Assembly: GCA_023334545.1 (NCBI GenBank)
Contig: JAADVB010000050.1
Location: forward strand, 28,018 to 92,017
DNA: 64,000 nt
DNA from: Salisapilia sapeloensis CBS 127946
Lineage: Eukaryota; Protista; Oomycota
Direction: 5' to 3'
The notes below the pieces were generated by a model that saw only the letters and a program-made list of their open reading frames with translations, was not told the DNA's origin and searched no databases. Within the stretch, counting starts at the first letter, position 1. Every line of letters starts with the position of its first letter. Positions 59,292 through 64,000 of this stretch are shown one piece after another. A program made the translations under genes and the position numbers.

Positions 59292-62240
59292 TTAATTCAT
59301 GTTGGACGAAGACGAGCGCGGTTGGCGGCCACCAGACTGCTGCTGGATGACCTGGCGCAGGAACTTCATCTCGCCTTCGAGACGGCCAAGGCGGTCCATG
59401 GCCTGTTCCAAGCTCATGTTGCGGTCCGAGTACGACGAACGCACAGCACGGCCGGCAACGAACGAGTCGCGGATCGAACGCTCGCCTTCGCGCTCGTTGA
59501 TCGTGGAGCCGAGGCGGATACGGTTCTGGCGGTAGCGTTCGTGCTTGTGGTACTTGGAGCTCGAGACAGTCTTGTCGAAGACGTCGCTGTCGGCGATCTT
59601 GTCGAGCAAGAAGAGGAGCACGACCTTGCCAATGTCCTGGACAAAGAACCAAGCGACACAGTAGGCCCAGACGAAGCCCGCAAGACGGAGGTCAATGGCT
59701 TCCATCTCCGTGAACGGCCAGAAGATCGAGAGGAGCGTCGACACGATCGTGGCGAAGCAAGCGGCCATGAACAAGAGGCGGCCAGGGGCACGCGTGAAGA
59801 AGAAGCTGTCCGTACGGGCCGTGAAGACGGTCAAAAAGTCCGATAGCGAGATCTTTAAGTACATCATCATCATGACCTGCTGGTAGTTGAGGTGGCCAAC
59901 GCCGAAGTAGGCAAGCACACCCGAGTCGTTCCACGAGTCAAGACCCCAGAAGAGGAGCAGGAGGGAGCTGGCGACGGCAATTACACCGAGCGTCGTGGCG
60001 CACCAGTAGATACGCGGCAAGTTCCACGTCTCCGGGTGCTTGGACGGAACGACGTTGTCGTAGGCGATCGAGATGATTGTACCGTCGTTCAGGATCGTGA
60101 TGAGCACAAGAGCAATGACCGGAAGTTTGAAGTACGGGTCAGCTGGCTCCGGGTTCTCGTTGTCGTTGAACGGGCACTCTCCCTTGCGCGGAACGAAGTG
60201 GTTGAAGCGGCAGCTGTCCGGGTGGAAGAGGAGCACCGACACGAAGAAGAAGAGCAAGAGCTGGATCGTGCAGGCAATACGGTACGTCACGTAGTTACGC
60301 ATACGCTGGAAGATCTTACGAGACAGCGTAATGGCGTTGATAATAACACTGAGACCAGGCTTGGTGAGCACAATGTCGGCAGCGGCACGAGCAGCATCCG
60401 TGGAGCCTTCGACAGCAATACCAACGTCAGCCTTCTTAAGAGCAGGGGCATCGTTGACACCGTCACCGGTCATACCGCACACCCAGCCGCGCTGACGGAG
60501 GATCTCGACAATGACGAACTTATGTTCAGGGAAGACCTGAGCGAAACCATCAGCAGATTCGACAATGGAACCGTAGTCCGTGCCAAGCTTAGAGGAAAGA
60601 CCATCCTCGATGCTCGATTGCGGAAGAACGTCCGTGCCAAGGATAGTCGTGCCCATTCCGAGCATTCGGCAGGTCTCGACGGCAATAGCAGCCTGGTCAC
60701 CGGTGATCATCTTGACACCAATGCCGTTCTTGACGGCATCTTCGATCGTCTGCTTGGTGTCGTGACGAGGCGGGTCCAAGAACGTAAGGATACCCATGAA
60801 CACCCAGCCTTCCTCTTCGTCGCTCGTGCGAGCAACAGCCAAAGCACGGATACCACGGCGAGCGAGGTCCATGACCTTCTCTTCAACCTGCTCACGGATC
60901 TCTTCGGCGTTGTACGCAAGGTTCAGAATGATCTGCGGGGCACCCTTGGTGACCTTGAATTCCTTGCCTTCCGAGTCACGGATGGTCGACTCAGTACGCT
61001 TCACCGAGGGGTCAAACGGCATGTGGTCAAGCATGGTGTACTTGTCGAGCGGACGGAGGTCAATAGCGTTGAGGACAAGCGTGTCGAGAGCGTCCTTTGG
61101 CGGCTCCTTCCACTTGGCAGCAAGGGCAGCGCTGGTGAGCACATCTTCACGAGAGATGTCAGCGGCGAAGATAGGCAAGTCGTCCTGCAGTTCCATCTTG
61201 TTCCTGGTGAGCGTACCGGTCTTGTCAGAGCACAGCATGTTCATGCCAGAAAGCGTTTCAATGGCCTGCAATTGGGTGACAATGACCTTTTCTTCGGCAA
61301 GCTTACGGGATCCGAGAGCCATCGTAGACGTGCACACGACCTGCATGGCGATCGGGATGGAAGCAACCAACAGCACCACACAGAAGGCAATAGCCTCAAG
61401 GAAATCTTCACCGTTGTACAGCAAGTATCCGAGACAGAAGCCAACGAGGACGAAACTGAGAGCCATGAGGAACATGGTAATGCGGATCAAGATCTTCTGG
61501 AAGTGGCTCAACTCGTCGACAGACGAAATCAGGCTGGCCGTACGACCAAAGAAGGTCTGGGCTCCAGTGGCGCTGACAATGGCTTCAATCTCACCACGCA
61601 CAACCGTGGATCCCATCTTGGCGTTGTCGCCCGTGACCATGGTCACCGGGAACGACTCACCCGTAAGGGCGGCCTGGTCGATCTGGAGCGGGTTGCCCTC
61701 GCACAGGTCGGCATCAGCAGGAACGGCTGCACCAGCGACCAACAAGATGCGGTCACCAGGGACGAGAAGGGAGGCGGTGACTGTCTGGTGGACACCGTCA
61801 CGGATGACCTTGGCCTCCGGCTTCAAACTAGCCTTGAGCGCCTGCACGGCGTTACCGGCCTTCAATTCTTCATACCAGCCGACGATACCATTAAGTAGCT
61901 GCAGGACCAACAGCACGGCAAAATCAGGTAAATCCCACGTGATGAGCTCAACGATGATAGCAATCCAAATCATGATGGGCATGGGTCCCCAGAATTGCTC
62001 GAGGAGTTTCATAAACGCACTCTTTTCGGAAGACTCGAGCTCATTCGGTCCAAACTGCTTGTAGCGGCGGTTAGCCTCGACGGTGCTGAGACCCGTCTCA
62101 GGCGTGTTCATGAGCGCGCGCTTGTCGACGCCCATGTAGTAGCGGTCATCTTCTTGGTTGTCATCAACTTGACCGGTGCCGCCATTGCTACTGCTCTTGG
62201 AGTTCTGGAGAAGAGGACTGTGTTCGTCCTGCTGCGCCAT
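59292..62240 (-). CDS. PMA1: Plasma-membrane P3A-type H+-ATPase
   Basis: Motifs DQAALTGES, LLVASIPIAM, CSDKTGTLT, KGAPQ, DPPR, TGDGVNDAPALKKA and ILNDGT. ATG at 62240. Strongly GC3-biased codons. Confidence 0.97.
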   Translation of the reverse strand: MAQQDEHSPLLQNSKSSSNGGTGQVDDNQEDDRYYMGVDKRALMNTPETGLSTVEANRRYKQFGPNELESSEKSAFMKLLEQFWGPMPIMIWIAIIVELITWDLPDFAVLLVLQLLNGIVGWYEELKAGNAVQALKASLKPEAKVIRDGVHQTVTASLLVPGDRILLVAGAAVPADADLCEGNPLQIDQAALTGESFPVTMVTGDNAKMGSTVVRGEIEAIVSATGAQTFFGRTASLISSVDELSHFQKILIRITMFLMALSFVLVGFCLGYLLYNGEDFLEAIAFCVVLLVASIPIAMQVVCTSTMALGSRKLAEEKVIVTQLQAIETLSGMNMLCSDKTGTLTRNKMELQDDLPIFAADISREDVLTSAALAAKWKEPPKDALDTLVLNAIDLRPLDKYTMLDHMPFDPSVKRTESTIRDSEGKEFKVTKGAPQIILNLAYNAEEIREQVEEKVMDLARRGIRALAVARTSDEEEGWVFMGILTFLDPPRHDTKQTIEDAVKNGIGVKMITGDQAAIAVETCRMLGMGTTILGTDVLPQSSIEDGLSSKLGTDYGSIVESADGFAQVFPEHKFVIVEILRQRGWVCGMTGDGVNDAPALKKADVGIAVEGSTDAARAAADIVLTKPGLSVIINAITLSRKIFQRMRNYVTYRIACTIQLLLFFFVSVLLFHPDSCRFNHFVPRKGECPFNDNENPEPADPYFKLPVIALVLITILNDGTIISIAYDNVVPSKHPETWNLPRIYWCATTLGVIAVASSLLLLFWGLDSWNDSGVLAYFGVGHLNYQQVMMMMYLKISLSDFLTVFTARTDSFFFTRAPGRLLFMAACFATIVSTLLSIFWPFTEMEAIDLRLAGFVWAYCVAWFFVQDIGKVVLLFLLDKIADSDVFDKTVSSSKYHKHERYRQNRIRLGSTINEREGERSIRDSFVAGRAVRSSYSDRNMSLEQAMDRLGRLEGEMKFLRQVIQQQSGGRQPRSSSSNMN

Positions 62241-62338
62241 CTTCGAAGGTGCCACTTGTGCTCGCCGACGAAAATTCTCTTATGAACTTCCGAATCAAAA
62301 AGATCCAAATCTTTTGGTTGGAGATCAAGTGATTGGAT

Positions 62339-62353
62339 GAAAATTCAAAATGG
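62339..62353 (-). promoter_or_regulatory. INR+FPR-like core promoter of the H+-ATPase
   Basis: CCATTTTGAATTTTC on the minus strand, about 100 nt upstream of the ATG. Confidence 0.5.
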
Positions 62354-62937
62354 TGGAAGTTTATTGGATGAAATGACTACGCATCCGAAGCTATGGATGA
62401 GCCCTCTACCACATTGCTCGGAACAAAGCAGTGGCAACCCAGCGAATGGGATCGAAGCTGGAGGATGAAGAGCCGTGGCAATCAAAGTCGGTGTACTACG
62501 GGTTACTTATCGGGGGAAGCCGGAAGAGGAAAGGTAGCTGACCAGCTCGTTATCAGAGAGTACAGGCTCTATTCCGTACGCTGAAGCTTAGTCGGCTGAA
62601 GCCTAAATTTCTAGACCAGGCGTGACTGTTCATGGCGATCGTCTCGCGATGACAGGCTGAAGACAATTTTCTAAGCAACGCTAGGTGTCGAAAGGTTAAC
62701 TGGATAGTCGAAAACGCTTGGAATGAGAGAAGATAGAACCGTTGTCAACACATTAACATATGAGACGCATCTCCTGTATCTGTTCCACGTAAACCTTTTC
62801 GTGCACCTTTCTTGACCAGATCCTTTTTTCATTCCCCGTGGGATAATTTAGAAGACTTAGACGATCGGCACTGGAAGAGGCGAAACGACGCAATATGTTT
62901 CCACACACTCGTTCGTTTCTCATTCCGTTGATTCACA

Positions 62938-63324
62938 ATGCAATCCTCATACGGGCAAAGGGACGAGCGAAAAGATGCTCAAGATCTGCGAGGTGCATGT
63001 GATGCATTCGCAGTGGCAATGGAGACCTTGATTGTGGACGTGCTCAACACCGATGAAGTGAGGACAGCAATGACGCTTCAAGCGCAAGCTGTAAAACCTC
63101 GAGATCGTGCGTACAAGCTTGCACAAGAGCAGTGTTTCCATGAGTTTGGAACACCGATTGAGCCGACTACAAGCCAAATCGTTGCTCCAATTGAAGCGGT
63201 GAAAGTGGTAACGGAGGTCCTCGACAACACTATGCATAATATACTACAAGAACTCTTTCACAGTGAGCTCGAAGTCGAACTGGCGAAAGTGCCTCGTCGG
63301 AAAGCCTTTGCCAGCGTCACTTGA
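62938..63324 (+). CDS. Hypothetical protein, probably the last exon of a gene with short upstream exons
   Basis: 128-codon ORF with helical, protein-like composition. Possible upstream exons lie at ~62730-62910. Confidence 0.45.
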   Translation: MQSSYGQRDERKDAQDLRGACDAFAVAMETLIVDVLNTDEVRTAMTLQAQAVKPRDRAYKLAQEQCFHEFGTPIEPTTSQIVAPIEAVKVVTEVLDNTMHNILQELFHSELEVELAKVPRRKAFASVT

Positions 63325-63547
63325 TTGGAAGCAGTTCGTACTGAGTCCATTGGCACATATAAAGCCAAGCTTAGGTACACATGCCAATCGTTTGATACAA
63401 ATATAATCTTTATCTTCACATTAAATTTCCCCTCGTGCAGATACTTATACTGATCTAGTCAAGACTATCAGTCTATTTGGTGTCCAAGGCATTCATGCAA
63501 TTGTGCACCACTATCTTTTGCATTTCATTCACATCTCCTAGCACATT

Positions 63548-64000
63548 TCAAGCTAGAACAAGATCGCCTTGATTACCACAAACAAGTTCGTTACCACCCA
63601 TTCGCGAAGACAAACCTCGGTCACGAGCATTCGCAAGATGTTTATGCGATACACCCCTAGTGTCAAGACAAAGCTGGTTTGCAAAACTGAAGTGATGTCC
63701 AATATCATATAAACTGTATTCTCTTCGTTTAACGTAGAGATATGGATTAGAGCTTGCAAGCAATATTACGCTCAGTTTACTTCTGGCTTCTTATGTTCAT
63801 ATCCCACATTCGCGCATTATTCATTTACATGTGGATTCCTCGAAATGGTGCTTAATGGACGCCACGAAATTTATATGCCTACCGATCGATGTATCCGTGC
63901 TCGTTCGCTTTTGAGGATGATCGAGCAGTCAACACTTCGTCCAGAACCGCCTTTGCTTGCGTGCTGAAGAGCTTACACAGAGTAGATGAGAAGGGCGCTT
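63548..64000 (-). CDS. Possible 3' part of a gene entering from the right edge
   Basis: An open frame at 63880-64000 (APFSSTLCKLFSTQAKAVLDEVL...) ends at a GTAGGC donor. A further open frame lies at 63548-63763. No family recognised. Confidence 0.3.

Noticed and set aside
59892-61898. 668-aa and 422-aa plus-strand ORFs antisense to the H+-ATPase (and smaller antisense ORFs over STT3, the phosphoesterase and XYLB)
   Set aside because: Expected shadow of strong GC3 bias: TTA, CTA and TCA codons are rare on the sense strand. The products show no recognisable motifs.
56407-62240. Urease next to a proton pump as a pH/nitrogen module (with the POT transporter and GABA-T elsewhere in the window)
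   Set aside because: No urease accessory genes or urea transporter are nearby, and adjacency in such a compact genome is uninformative without synteny data.

Overview
Gene-dense eukaryotic DNA, most likely from an oomycete (stramenopile). The basis is ~50-60 nt GT-AG introns (often GTACGT), INR+FPR promoter motifs, a polycystin-RyR fusion channel and an oomycete-type membrane-anchored phosphoesterase. About 30 protein genes are present, with intergenic gaps often below 120 bp. I found no prokaryotic features, CRISPR arrays, rRNA/tRNA genes or recognisable transposons. Most genes are housekeeping: XYLB, DBT, RPS29, STT3, bystin, NECAP, PSMA7, urease and a P3A H+-ATPase. The signals worth a second look are unusual domain architectures and one non-coding element: (1) a ~220-aa legume-lectin/ConA-like domain inserted into a loop of gamma-tubulin complex component GCP4; (2) a NEK6/7-type kinase fused to a near-complete IFT57-like protein; (3) an RST-TAZ-TAZ-TAF4 protein; (4) STT3 with a WSC-like Cys-rich tail; (5) a ~230-nt candidate structured RNA downstream of RPS29; (6) a long UG-rich intron in a CELF-type gene. 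Items 1 and 2 lie within ~13 kb of the PKD2-RyR channel. All domain calls are by-eye motif recognition and all exon structures were spliced by hand. No database search was run, so novelty is unverified.
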